DNA of 64,000 bases, taken from the NCBI GenBank assembly GCA_006218065.1, contig VBWE01000002.1, positions 10,154 through 74,153 of the forward strand. The letters run 5' to 3'. Within the stretch, counting starts at the first letter, position 1; every line of letters begins with the position of its first letter. Shown in pieces: positions 47,264 through 56,508 of the stretch. The position numbers were made by a program, and so were the translations under genes. This DNA is from Bacteroidota bacterium (lineage in GTDB: Bacteria; Bacteroidota; Bacteroidia; Palsa-965). Below the pieces are notes generated by a model. The model saw nothing but the letters and a program-made list of their open reading frames with translations. It was not told the origin of the DNA and ran no database searches.

Positions 47264-47797
47264 TTATGTATAGCGCGTTTTTCGCGCTAAGGCAGCGACT
47301 TTTCGGCGCAGGGTCAGCGCGTTTTCTTCTCTGGTGTTAATTAAGACCTGCGCGTTTTTTTCGCTGGTGTGGAAAAGTGCCGGATGTGGCCGGAAGCAAA
47401 GGCGAAATTTTCCTTTCCGCTTTTCAGGCGTATCAAGCAAGGTCCCGTGAATATCAAAGACCCTGAATGCGCCTGTATCGACGCAGCGTTGAATAGCAGG
47501 TGAGATAGCCTTTCGAGAGAGGCCGGTTTTTGCCTGGAATTGGCTAATGGAAATCCAATCCATTTCTTTTCGTTCCGACATGGTTCTCTCATCACTCCAC
47601 CCGATTGTATTGCGTATGACAAGACTGAATACCATGAATGCCGAGCCGCTTTCAAGCTCCCGCATCCAATAATCAACAACCTCGTTCGGAACGGGGTACG
47701 TTTTGTGCCAGGCCATATATGGGCTTGCGATGTATTCTCTATTAAGCAATTCAGGAAGCCGTGTCGTATTCGTCCAAGCCAAGCTTGTCCAAATCAA
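47264..47797 (-). CDS. putative winged-helix DNA-binding protein (phage replication/regulatory-like)
   Basis: The HTH-like segment is ..ISISQFQAKTGLSRKAISPAIQRCVDTGAF... The start may be at the internal Met (47716), which would avoid overlap with ORF 47751..47990. Confidence 0.45.
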   Translation of the reverse strand: MIWTSLAWTNTTRLPELLNREYIASPYMAWHKTYPVPNEVVDYWMRELESGSAFMVFSLVIRNTIGWSDERTMSERKEMDWISISQFQAKTGLSRKAISPAIQRCVDTGAFRVFDIHGTLLDTPEKRKGKFRLCFRPHPALFHTSEKNAQVLINTREENALTLRRKVAALARKTRYT

Positions 47798-47990
47798 TCA
47801 CGGGCAGGTTATCGTCGGAATGTTTTGCCTCTCTATCGAACACGAAGAAATCTGTCTCTGGTTGCTGAAACAGGCGGAGATATGTTTTTCCGGCATTCGT
47901 TGTTTTTACAATGCCAATTCGAAACCACTTCACTTTCTGTTCTCCACCTTTGTTGTACACAACCCGTGTGCACACATCGAAAAGTCTCAT
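47751..47990 (-). CDS. small hypothetical protein
   Basis: 79-aa ORF. Its coding status is uncertain. Confidence 0.3.
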   Translation of the reverse strand: MRLFDVCTRVVYNKGGEQKVKWFRIGIVKTTNAGKTYLRLFQQPETDFFVFDREAKHSDDNLPVIDLDKLGLDEYDTAS

Positions 47991-48197
47991 AGATATATAC
48001 TTGTTATATGGGTAATTCGACCGCCGGAGAGACGAATTACTTATGCGTCATGTTGCCGCTCAACTCTGCTTTTGCGACATTGGGATGCACGTTTTGATGG
48101 CTTTAATAACGCTCAAACGTAGTTAGTCCCTTCGGCTGGACTGATTATACCAGTTATCTCAAGATAAACACAAGCAGAGCTATTTTTGTGAAGTATC

Positions 48198-49067
48198 CTA
48201 ATTCAAATAAGCCCGTGCTGTGTTTTCGAATTCAAGATCATTGTATTGCTCGTAAACGAATGTTGATATCGGGTTACTGTGGCCTAATCCTTTTTGAATG
48301 AATGCAAGCGGTGCAAGTTGATCTCGCCGTTTATGTGCCCAACCATGCCTGAAACTATGCGGAGTGATTTTTTCTTTTATTCCAGCTTTATGAACATAGT
48401 ACTGAACTCTTCGTTGCACAGAACGAGGAGTGAGTCGGATTGTCCACCCACGTGTGCACCAACCTACAAAAAGAGATTTAGCTCCATTCGTTTTATGTAA
48501 TCCCAGACGAATTGCCATATATTTCATTAAATACTCCTGTGTTGTTTGCGACCACATAATGATACGAGGCTTCCCTGTTTTCTTCGTAGCGATAACTGTT
48601 GAGGTCTTATTTTCGTCAATATTAGTGACTTCTAAATCGCATAATTCTGAAACACGTATACCGGTATCCCATAGAAGGTGTACCATTACTAAATCCCGTA
48701 AGGACATAAATTCATTCGATGGAATTACGGACGCTATCTTTTCAAATTCGGAGGCTGTAATCGCACGATGAGATTTGACGTGTATTCTTGGAAGCTTAAT
48801 AAGGGAAGGAGAAATACATCTGTAGTGCTGCTGTTGCCAAAACGCGAAAAAATTCTTGAGAACAACAATGGCAAATTGTATTGTTGCAGAATTATATCGC
48901 ACTTCCAGCCAAGAACGATATTTTACTATATCGCTGATCGCGTAGTGCTCAAGTGGTTTATTATCACAGAGACTACTAAAGCGAATCAGCCAGATTTTGT
49001 AATTGATGCTTGCTCGCGGCGCGTAAGTCCCCTTCCATTCTAAATATTCTTTTATTTTTTCTTGCAT
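48198..49067 (-). CDS. small tyrosine recombinase (XerC/XerD-like, phage integrase family)
   Basis: ..HSFRHGWAHKRRDQLAPLAFIQKGLGHSNPISTFVY.. (HxxR..Y) is present and an N-terminal SAM-like domain precedes it. The start is at the internal Met MQEKIKEYLEW. Confidence 0.85.
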   Translation of the reverse strand: MQEKIKEYLEWKGTYAPRASINYKIWLIRFSSLCDNKPLEHYAISDIVKYRSWLEVRYNSATIQFAIVVLKNFFAFWQQQHYRCISPSLIKLPRIHVKSHRAITASEFEKIASVIPSNEFMSLRDLVMVHLLWDTGIRVSELCDLEVTNIDENKTSTVIATKKTGKPRIIMWSQTTQEYLMKYMAIRLGLHKTNGAKSLFVGWCTRGWTIRLTPRSVQRRVQYYVHKAGIKEKITPHSFRHGWAHKRRDQLAPLAFIQKGLGHSNPISTFVYEQYNDLEFENTARAYLN

Positions 49068-49080
49068 AAAAACGCAAAAC

Positions 49081-49199
49081 CCACCAAGATGAACTGGCGG
49101 GTCTGCGCTATCCTGTTTCCAGGATACGCTAAAGCATAGCAAGAGATAAAGAAAAAATAAAGTGAAGAAGGCTATTGGACCCCGCTGTTCATCTGGTTC
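49081..49199. repeat. ~22-bp imperfect inverted repeats flanking a 74-bp segment, between divergent recombinase and NYN genes
   Basis: 49083-49103 accaagatgaactggcgggtc matches rc of 49178-49199 aaccagatgaacagcggggtcc at ~18 of 21. An inner hairpin atcctg..caggat is present. Confidence 0.55.
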
Positions 49200-49343
49200 T
49201 TGTTAGAACCGCTCCTCTCGGAGCAACGGATTTCAATATTAATCTTTTAATAGGACGAGTTATTTGTCGCATTATAAGAACAACTTGTCAAGTAAATGAA
49301 TTTTATCTCGCTTCCTTGGCATCAGGCATGATAAGATGATTTC

Positions 49344-49841
49344 ATGAAAAAAGATCGAAAAAGCTTTGCCTATATAGACAGCGCAAATTTGTACAAAGGA
49401 TGTATCGCAGAAGGGTTTAGAGTGGATTACAAAAAACTAAGAATATATTTAGAGGAACGGCATGGTGTAAAAACCGCTTATATGTTCATCGGTTTTGTCG
49501 GAGGCAATGAAGAAATGTATAAAAACTTTCAAGAGTGGGGCTATACACTTATTTTCAAGCCAACTATACCGGGTGAAAATGGCGTTATTAAAGGCAACTG
49601 CGATGCTGAATTAGTGTTGCAATCAGTCTCTGATTTTTATGAGCAGAAATACGAGCAGTCTGTCATTGTTTCAAGCGACGGTGATTTTGCATGCCTGATT
49701 AAATTTCTCTTAAAGCGTGATGCGCTTGATTGTATATTAAGCCCGAGGGCAGAAGAAAAATGCTCAAGCCTGCTGAAGACGGTTGGGGCAAAACTGACAT
49801 TCCTGCCGCAAGTAAGAGACAAGATCAGCTTGCAGAAATGA
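49344..49841 (+). CDS. NYN-domain (LabA-like, PIN-fold) protein
   Basis: ..FAYIDSANLYKG.., ..NCDAELVL.. and ..VIVSSDGDFACL.. are acidic residues typical of the NYN ribonuclease domain. Confidence 0.7.
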   Translation: MKKDRKSFAYIDSANLYKGCIAEGFRVDYKKLRIYLEERHGVKTAYMFIGFVGGNEEMYKNFQEWGYTLIFKPTIPGENGVIKGNCDAELVLQSVSDFYEQKYEQSVIVSSDGDFACLIKFLLKRDALDCILSPRAEEKCSSLLKTVGAKLTFLPQVRDKISLQK

Positions 49842-50113
49842 AAATCCCCCATTGCGGACGGAACCGCAACAGGGGAATCTTCCTGGTGACTTACGTATAT
49901 AATATATTAAGTGTTTAATAGATGCAAGCGTTATCAAGAAGATCACTATCCCCTTCTTTTTAGCACCATTTTTAAGGTTTGCATTTTGCTCAAGGAATAG
50001 AGGTTTATTAGAAATAAAAATACCGCCTTCAACTTAGGAATTCCGTCAGCCAAACGGGGCTTTTGCCCACAGGCATGTTTATTGAATAGCAAAGAGATCA
50101 AAAAGAAATAAAG

Positions 50114-50497
50114 CTATTTCAGCCTCGGTGTTCCTGCAATAGTAATAGCCCTCATTGCCTTTACTGTTTTCTTCCCCTTACGCATGAAATAGGTCTGCAG
50201 CATGACACGCTTGCGCGGGGCAAGATCGCAGAGATTGGCATGACCGGAGAGCTCGAGCGTGTCGCCTGCTGTACCGATGTGATACGCTTCGATTTCAATA
50301 GACTGATACGTTATATACTTCGCTTTGTTTTTGATACGGAGCGATACGTTTACGCATGAATCGTTTTGCGACAGGACGGTGATTTTTGTTTTGAGATACT
50401 TGCCGTGATCGATGCGCTCATTTTTGATGCGGGCTTCACGAGAAGACGTGCAGGCGAATAAAAGAGACAAGAGGAAAAGAAGAAGCGCTCGTATCAA
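50114..50497 (-). CDS. hypothetical lipoprotein
   Basis: The product starts with a signal peptide and lipobox: MIRALLLFLLSLLFAC. Its start overlaps the upstream gene. Confidence 0.55.
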   Translation of the reverse strand: MIRALLLFLLSLLFACTSSREARIKNERIDHGKYLKTKITVLSQNDSCVNVSLRIKNKAKYITYQSIEIEAYHIGTAGDTLELSGHANLCDLAPRKRVMLQTYFMRKGKKTVKAMRAITIAGTPRLK

Positions 50498-51282
50498 AGC
50501 CTGAAACGGAGATATGCGTTTGCGAATACGCCATTAAATTCTAATGAAGCTTGTTTCTGAGTCCCCGATGCGCCTATTTCCCATACTTCTCCATAAACAT
50601 CTTTGAGCTCCGAGATGGTGTGGTATCGGTATCCTGATTGTATGCCGAAGTAGATTGTTTTTGATATGATTGGATATTCGATTTGAAGCGATGGAGCGAT
50701 AGAAATTCCCTGTCCTTTCATTTCAGCGGTATTTGCGATGACTACTAATGCGAATGCCGTGTCGCTCGGAGTATAGACATCTATTCTTGTTTTCCCGAAA
50801 CCATACCCGGCCTCAACTATGCCGTTTATTCCAAGCCGTTGGATGAACGGCTTTGTACTCTTGCCGAATCCGCAGAGCGAACTGACGGATACTTGCGGCT
50901 GGATGCTGACAACGTGCGAAGAGACGGTGAAAAATGATTTGCCGTAATATGTGCGCTGCACGGTTTGGTTGTTTATCACTTCCCACGTAATGAACTCCGG
51001 TGTTCCTTCCCGCTTCCCTGCCAGGTATGCGTACGAGAATCCAAGACTCCACGTGGAATCAAAACTGTACATCATCGAGCCGGTAATTCCGATGCCGGAG
51101 GAAACTCCTTTTGGAAATAGTTTTGCAGGCACAGCGAATTCGTCAAAATACCTTTTGTTCAATGATGCCATGCTGAATTGATGGAAGCCTGAGCCGCCGG
51201 AGAGGGAGAGTTTCCGCTCTTGGGAAAACGTCATCAACGCACAACAGAAAAGAAAGACAAGCACCGTTAAAAACCGCTTCAT
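50494..51282 (-). CDS. putative outer-membrane beta-barrel protein
   Basis: The product has a signal peptide, alternating hydrophobic beta-strand pattern and a C-terminal ..YLRFRL. Confidence 0.5.
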   Translation of the reverse strand: MKRFLTVLVFLFCCALMTFSQERKLSLSGGSGFHQFSMASLNKRYFDEFAVPAKLFPKGVSSGIGITGSMMYSFDSTWSLGFSYAYLAGKREGTPEFITWEVINNQTVQRTYYGKSFFTVSSHVVSIQPQVSVSSLCGFGKSTKPFIQRLGINGIVEAGYGFGKTRIDVYTPSDTAFALVVIANTAEMKGQGISIAPSLQIEYPIISKTIYFGIQSGYRYHTISELKDVYGEVWEIGASGTQKQASLEFNGVFANAYLRFRL

Positions 51283-51283
51283 A

Positions 51284-52243
51284 TTAGAAATGTATTTTTA
51301 CTTCGCCGGTTCCGTCGGCGTTCATGATGTAAATATTGCTCTCCGAGAATATAGTATTATCGCCAATCAATTTCTGATCCCATCTGCTTGCAATAATCTT
51401 GCTGCCGTCTCCGGAAATATCGATAACCACATACAATTTGGTGTCGCAGAATGTCTTGATGATCTGCGTCTGTAAACCGGGCAGGTCTGTTATGAAAAAA
51501 GAACGTGATGTTTTCCAAAGCAGGCGCTGAGAATCCGGGAACCAGTCGCTGTAGCTGATGATGTCTTTCGCGTCGCCGATCTCGATGGCAGCGACTTCCG
51601 AAATCTGCCCGGTGTTCGGATTGATACTGATAATTGCATTTGATGAAGGGCCAGTGCTCACGGGAGAAGATATTTTTTGGCTGTCATTTGACCAGGAGCC
51701 GTTGCTCAATATAAATCCGGGAAGCGTATCGAGAGGATTGCCCTCATCATCTGCAATGATCGAATAGTTATTTGCCCCGTCTGTCCGCCGGAACACGTAT
51801 CTATCCCCCGCATAATTCCACACGGCATCGAAGCATGACGAGGTGAATGTTAGTTGAGTCAGACTGTCGCCGTTGCTTTTGATCTTCCACACATTGTTGT
51901 CGCCGTGATTGAAAAGAATCCAGCCGTTTCTTCCCCAGTCGGGTTTTTGAAATATGCTTGTTGTGAGAAGATAGTCGTTACCGGTCGAGCGGTTTTTTAT
52001 TCGCAGTTCCGTTTGACCGGTACTTTTCGTTTCTCGCACATAGACGAATTCATTACTGTTATTTGGATTGAAGCACGGAGCGAGATAGAGAGAGGCCGGA
52101 TATTGGTATGAATATCCAAACGGTCCCGTTGATGGCGGGAAGTCAAAACAATTCCCCTCAAGCGAGAAAGCAATATCCTTGCTGCATGAAAAAAACAACA
52201 TGCAGCAAGAGATAATCGCTATGGCTCGGTGTAAAGAAATCAT
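51284..52243 (-). CDS. lipoprotein with TolB-like (PD40/WD40-like) beta-propeller repeats
   Basis: The product has a lipobox (..CCMLFFSCSK). Repeated ..DG..I.F.S.R.G..NIY...DG.. patterns are present. Confidence 0.5.
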   Translation of the reverse strand: MISLHRAIAIISCCMLFFSCSKDIAFSLEGNCFDFPPSTGPFGYSYQYPASLYLAPCFNPNNSNEFVYVRETKSTGQTELRIKNRSTGNDYLLTTSIFQKPDWGRNGWILFNHGDNNVWKIKSNGDSLTQLTFTSSCFDAVWNYAGDRYVFRRTDGANNYSIIADDEGNPLDTLPGFILSNGSWSNDSQKISSPVSTGPSSNAIISINPNTGQISEVAAIEIGDAKDIISYSDWFPDSQRLLWKTSRSFFITDLPGLQTQIIKTFCDTKLYVVIDISGDGSKIIASRWDQKLIGDNTIFSESNIYIMNADGTGEVKIHF

Positions 52244-55200
52244 TTGTGTACCACTATCATTTTTTTCTGGATACTCCCTTTTTCAGTTGTAACCGTGGCA
52301 ATATATGCACCATCTGAGACATCTGTCGTTTCAATTGTCGTCGTGTGCATTCCCTCTGCTAATTTCCCCATATTCGTCGACTTAACCAACCGTCCTTGCA
52401 TATCGTAAAGATCGACGGTTACTGCGCTTGCTTCACTCAACGAGACTGGAATCGAAAAAGAATTGTTAGACGGGTTCGGAAACGGTTCACCGACATTGAC
52501 AGCATTGCTTGCCGATTCGGTCATGCCGGTAAGCGTGGGATCGAAGGTCAAAACACTGAACGCGCAGAGTGTCCCGAATTGTGTCGTTGGGAGGAAAGTA
52601 TTCACGGCCTGTCCTGTCGTTAAGTTAAACGTAAAATGATAAAAGTATGTTTCCATGACCGCCTGGTTATTGGTATAGGAAACGATTGTGCTCCACGCTT
52701 CAGTGCCGATAGGGTTTGACAGACTCCATCCGAATGATGAGTTATAGCGGGGCCACGCCGAGAGAATCGTTTCTCCGACCGGAATCGGAGCGTAGTTTAG
52801 TGTATGGGTAACTTTATGGATATCGGCAAGATACGCTCCTGCGGCAACGCTCTGGTAATTGTTTGGAAGAATGACGGCGACGTTTTGCGCAAATAAGCTC
52901 GGACTGACGCTTGATCCAGTCGTGTTTGTTGCAAAGTGATAGACCTTGTACGCGGGATAGTTCACGAAGGTAAGCGACTGGCCCGCGTTGATTCTGCCGT
53001 ACCCGGTGTATTGGTCATACCCCGGCGCAGACGGTGACACGGAAAGATCAACTGCAGCAGCCTGGAGGAGATACTCAATATCCTCGGGAGCAAGATGAAA
53101 CAGGAATGGAGTGGTCTGTGTGTTTACTTTGCTCACCATCAATGCGGCAGTTCCTGACACATGGGGTGCGGCGGCAGATGTCCCGTCGAATGGCTGATAA
53201 CCGTTTGTGATTGATTCAAGCGTGTACACAATATCAAGATCACCGGGTGCGCAAAAATCCATCCCTCCGCCATAGCTTGACGAATAGCTTGAGCTGCCGT
53301 TGCTTGGGGTCTTGTATTCTCCGTCATTGCCGGTTGAGCCGACGTTTAAGACGAACTCATCGTTGTAGCATGCAGGAACGGTAATATTCGAGTTCCCGTC
53401 ATTTCCCCGAGCTCCGACAACGACGACATTATTTCTCGCAGCGAAACGGACGGCATCTTTCAGAAGCGATATGCTGGCTGCAGGAAGCGGCCCGGCATCA
53501 CCCCTCCAACTGTTATTCATAATATGCAGACCATAACCGCCCTGGGTTGTACTGGTCGCTCCTCCGACGACTCCGTTTGCGATCAGCGAATAGGTCGCAA
53601 CGGCACTATTCGCGTCAAAGAGTTTCATGTCAAAAAGCGTCACGCCATCATATTGCGCCGTGCCGTTTCCCCCGGCAATGCCTGCTATGCCGGTACTGTT
53701 ATCCCGCAGGGCACCGATAATCCCTGCACATGCAGTTCCGTGTCCGAGCAGATCGTACGTCGGCGCAAGCGGAGCGTTGGTAATAAAGTTGAATCCCCCG
53801 GCGACTTTTCCTTGCAGGTCGGGATGTGTTTGGTCGATGCCGGAGTCATAAACGCCGACACGGATAGTTGCGTTCCCTTTCTCGATATCCCACGCCGGTT
53901 CAATATTGATTCCTGCACTCGGGAAGGGATTATTTGGATGCAGGCTGAATTGGTTGCTTATGTATTGCGGATCATTCGGCACATCGGCCAGTTCGGCAAC
54001 GTAGTTCGGATGTGCGTACCAAATTTCCGGCTGCACGGTATTGAGCGAATCGGCGACAGCGATTTCCATACCTGGCTGCACGAACAGCCGGAGTGCGGCC
54101 CAAAAAGACGAGATCGGAACAGTATCGCCGAGTCTTGATATTGAAACGGTGTCGTTTGTCGAGAGCTTTAAAAATATCTTCGCAACTTTCCAATCGGTTA
54201 CGTCCGTACCGAGCTTTGCGTTCATCACCGCAATCGCAGACGGTTTGACGAACTCGTGCAAGACACCAAATTGTTTATCGGGATCATTGACGGCAGGAGT
54301 ATCGATAACGCTCGGGTCGAAACGAACAACGACTTCACCGGTTGCAAATGCCATTCCCGGCAAGCTTGTTGTATCAACCACAAGGGCCGTTTCAAGGAAT
54401 GAGTATTTGATTGTCGCGTACTGATCGGCGTTGCCGGTCGATGATTTTCCAGTGACATACATCGTGCTGTTTCGTATCGACACGTCAAACGATTTGTCAC
54501 TCGCATTTGTGGGAGCATTGAAAAAATTCTCCCAGGCCTTCGTGCCGGAGCTGTCGTACTTGATTGTCAGGTAATCTTTGTTTCCGGCAGCGTTCGTCAT
54601 TTCCCCGGTTACATACACATTTCCGGAATTATCGACGGTCAGCTTATGTGCTTCTCCGAAGTCCGTCGGCGAGGGTGCCGCTTCTCGTTTTACCCATTGT
54701 TGTATTCCGGCAGCCGAATATTTTGCGGTCGTAAAATCCTTGCCGCCGTTTGTTTTCTTGGTGTACCCGGTGAAGATCACGTCGCCGTTTGCGTTAAGAG
54801 CGAGCGCATTGGCGCAGTCCTCAAGATTTTCGCCGTTGTATTGCTGCACCCACTGCAATGTGAGAGCCGTGTTCAGTTTCAGCACGAGTGCATTGCCTGC
54901 GGTTGTATTCTGTGCAGTACCGCCAGAGACGAACACATTGCCTGCATTATCGAGCGTGATCGCTGTCGCCTTGTCATAGCCGTTGCCTGAAATAGCATGA
55001 CGATACGCTCCGACTTGTGTTCCTGCCGTGTTGTATTTGATTACGGTAATGTCGGAATTGAAGAAACTGCTTGCGCTTGAGCCCGCAACATAGCTATTCC
55101 CGGCGTTATCAACTGCAAGCCCGAACGGAATATCCGGGAGGTTAGCGAAGTTGTATCGCTTCACCCATTGTTGCATACCGGCACCGTTGTATTTGATCGT

Positions 55201-55728
55201 CACGAAATCGGAGTTCAGTGCATTTCCCGTGCCAACGCTTGCGCCGGTTATGTACACGTTGCCGGTATTGTCGAGGGCTATTGCCGCTGCAATATCGTTT
55301 TTGTTGCCAGTACCGTTATACAATACGCTCCAGAGGAGACTGCCGGTTGCACTGTATTTGAGCGTTACAAAATCATAGCTGCTCGTCGCATTACTCCAAG
55401 TTGCACCAGTTACGAAAATATTACCGCTATTGTCCCGGATGATCGCGCTGCCGAAATCAGGACCGTTCGATGTTCCGTTGTATTGCTGTTGCCAGCAAAT
55501 CGTTCCGTTAGAATTGTATTTGACGGTCAGGAGATTCGTTCCTTGACTTATTGTCTTGGTATTTCCGACAATAACAGCGCAGCCGCTGTTATCTATAGCC
55601 GTCATGGTGAAATCAACCGTATCGGGAAACGCGTTGACGGCTTCCCATTCGCGATTACATAATGTTGTTTGTCCGTCTACACCGTATGCTCCAGCTATCA
55701 GGAGAGAAATAAGAATAGCCTTTTTCAT
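52240..55728 (-). CDS. S8-family subtilisin-like serine peptidase with N-terminal SBBP beta-propeller repeats and T9SS C-terminal sorting domain
   Basis: SBBP repeats recur (..DNSGNIFVTG..DFVTLKYS..G..W..). The subtilase catalytic triad motifs are GVYDSGID (Asp), HGTACAGIIG (His) and GTSAAAPHVSG (Ser). The T9SS tail is ..FPNPSNNSFSIPVS..GAYIATVTT... Confidence 0.85.
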   Translation of the reverse strand: MKKAILISLLIAGAYGVDGQTTLCNREWEAVNAFPDTVDFTMTAIDNSGCAVIVGNTKTISQGTNLLTVKYNSNGTICWQQQYNGTSNGPDFGSAIIRDNSGNIFVTGATWSNATSSYDFVTLKYSATGSLLWSVLYNGTGNKNDIAAAIALDNTGNVYITGASVGTGNALNSDFVTIKYNGAGMQQWVKRYNFANLPDIPFGLAVDNAGNSYVAGSSASSFFNSDITVIKYNTAGTQVGAYRHAISGNGYDKATAITLDNAGNVFVSGGTAQNTTAGNALVLKLNTALTLQWVQQYNGENLEDCANALALNANGDVIFTGYTKKTNGGKDFTTAKYSAAGIQQWVKREAAPSPTDFGEAHKLTVDNSGNVYVTGEMTNAAGNKDYLTIKYDSSGTKAWENFFNAPTNASDKSFDVSIRNSTMYVTGKSSTGNADQYATIKYSFLETALVVDTTSLPGMAFATGEVVVRFDPSVIDTPAVNDPDKQFGVLHEFVKPSAIAVMNAKLGTDVTDWKVAKIFLKLSTNDTVSISRLGDTVPISSFWAALRLFVQPGMEIAVADSLNTVQPEIWYAHPNYVAELADVPNDPQYISNQFSLHPNNPFPSAGINIEPAWDIEKGNATIRVGVYDSGIDQTHPDLQGKVAGGFNFITNAPLAPTYDLLGHGTACAGIIGALRDNSTGIAGIAGGNGTAQYDGVTLFDMKLFDANSAVATYSLIANGVVGGATSTTQGGYGLHIMNNSWRGDAGPLPAASISLLKDAVRFAARNNVVVVGARGNDGNSNITVPACYNDEFVLNVGSTGNDGEYKTPSNGSSSYSSSYGGGMDFCAPGDLDIVYTLESITNGYQPFDGTSAAAPHVSGTAALMVSKVNTQTTPFLFHLAPEDIEYLLQAAAVDLSVSPSAPGYDQYTGYGRINAGQSLTFVNYPAYKVYHFATNTTGSSVSPSLFAQNVAVILPNNYQSVAAGAYLADIHKVTHTLNYAPIPVGETILSAWPRYNSSFGWSLSNPIGTEAWSTIVSYTNNQAVMETYFYHFTFNLTTGQAVNTFLPTTQFGTLCAFSVLTFDPTLTGMTESASNAVNVGEPFPNPSNNSFSIPVSLSEASAVTVDLYDMQGRLVKSTNMGKLAEGMHTTTIETTDVSDGAYIATVTTEKGSIQKKMIVVHK

Positions 55729-56025
55729 TGTTATTCATTTTTAAGGGTCAATACTCCGTTTGTATTGCTCGGGGAGAAGCAATTGCATTTTAAAAATGGA
55801 TTCGAATATGAAGCAAGGATATGCCTTACTTCATATTCAATCGGGACGGATCGCCAAATCCTATGTGATACGGGGGATGGGTTCAGTTACGCTTGCTCTT
55901 CAGATATTCTTAGCGTAAGACGAATATATAAATTATTCGTTGCTTGGTACAAATTAAAATTTGTCATTTTTATACATGTCCAACTGATCGTTAACGAATG
56001 AGGAGAAGAGAAAAAATAACCGGTT

Positions 56026-56475
56026 TCATTGGACATCTTTAATTTTCATGGCCATGATCTTCCAGATATCCTCTTTGCATTGCAGATAGCATTCACCAGA
56101 AAATTGTATTACCGATCCTTTTTGATAAAACGTACAAATTGTCGGCGACTTGACCTTTTCTTTCGGTTCTTCCATTACGATCTGAATGTCTTGTATATAA
56201 CCGTCGGGGAGAGAAGTACTGGCCAGCCATATGTTTTTATTAGGAGATCCTTTTGCAGTCCATTTGAGCACATAGAATGAGCCAAACCCTTCATTGTGTT
56301 CTTCATGTATGCTTGTTTTCTCAAAATGTGTTATTAAAAATTCACCCGTTGATTTAAAATTGATCCATTGGGTAAAAAAATCTTGAACAACAGTAAGCTG
56401 TTTATCTGTCTCTGTGTTCCCACAAGAGATGAAGCCACAGATAAAAAGGAAACCGAAAATTAGGTTCGTTTTCAT
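56026..56475 (-). CDS. hypothetical lipoprotein
   Basis: The product starts MKTNLIFGFLFICGFISCGN. Confidence 0.5.
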   Translation of the reverse strand: MKTNLIFGFLFICGFISCGNTETDKQLTVVQDFFTQWINFKSTGEFLITHFEKTSIHEEHNEGFGSFYVLKWTAKGSPNKNIWLASTSLPDGYIQDIQIVMEEPKEKVKSPTICTFYQKGSVIQFSGECYLQCKEDIWKIMAMKIKDVQ

Positions 56476-56508
56476 GAGAAACAGGTTTTAGGGTAAAACG
56501 TAGATGTA

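Noticed and set aside
53524-55662. Several + ORFs (53524..54138, 54041..54424, 54578..54979, 55168..55662)
   Set aside because: They are antisense to the 1162-aa S8 peptidase gene.
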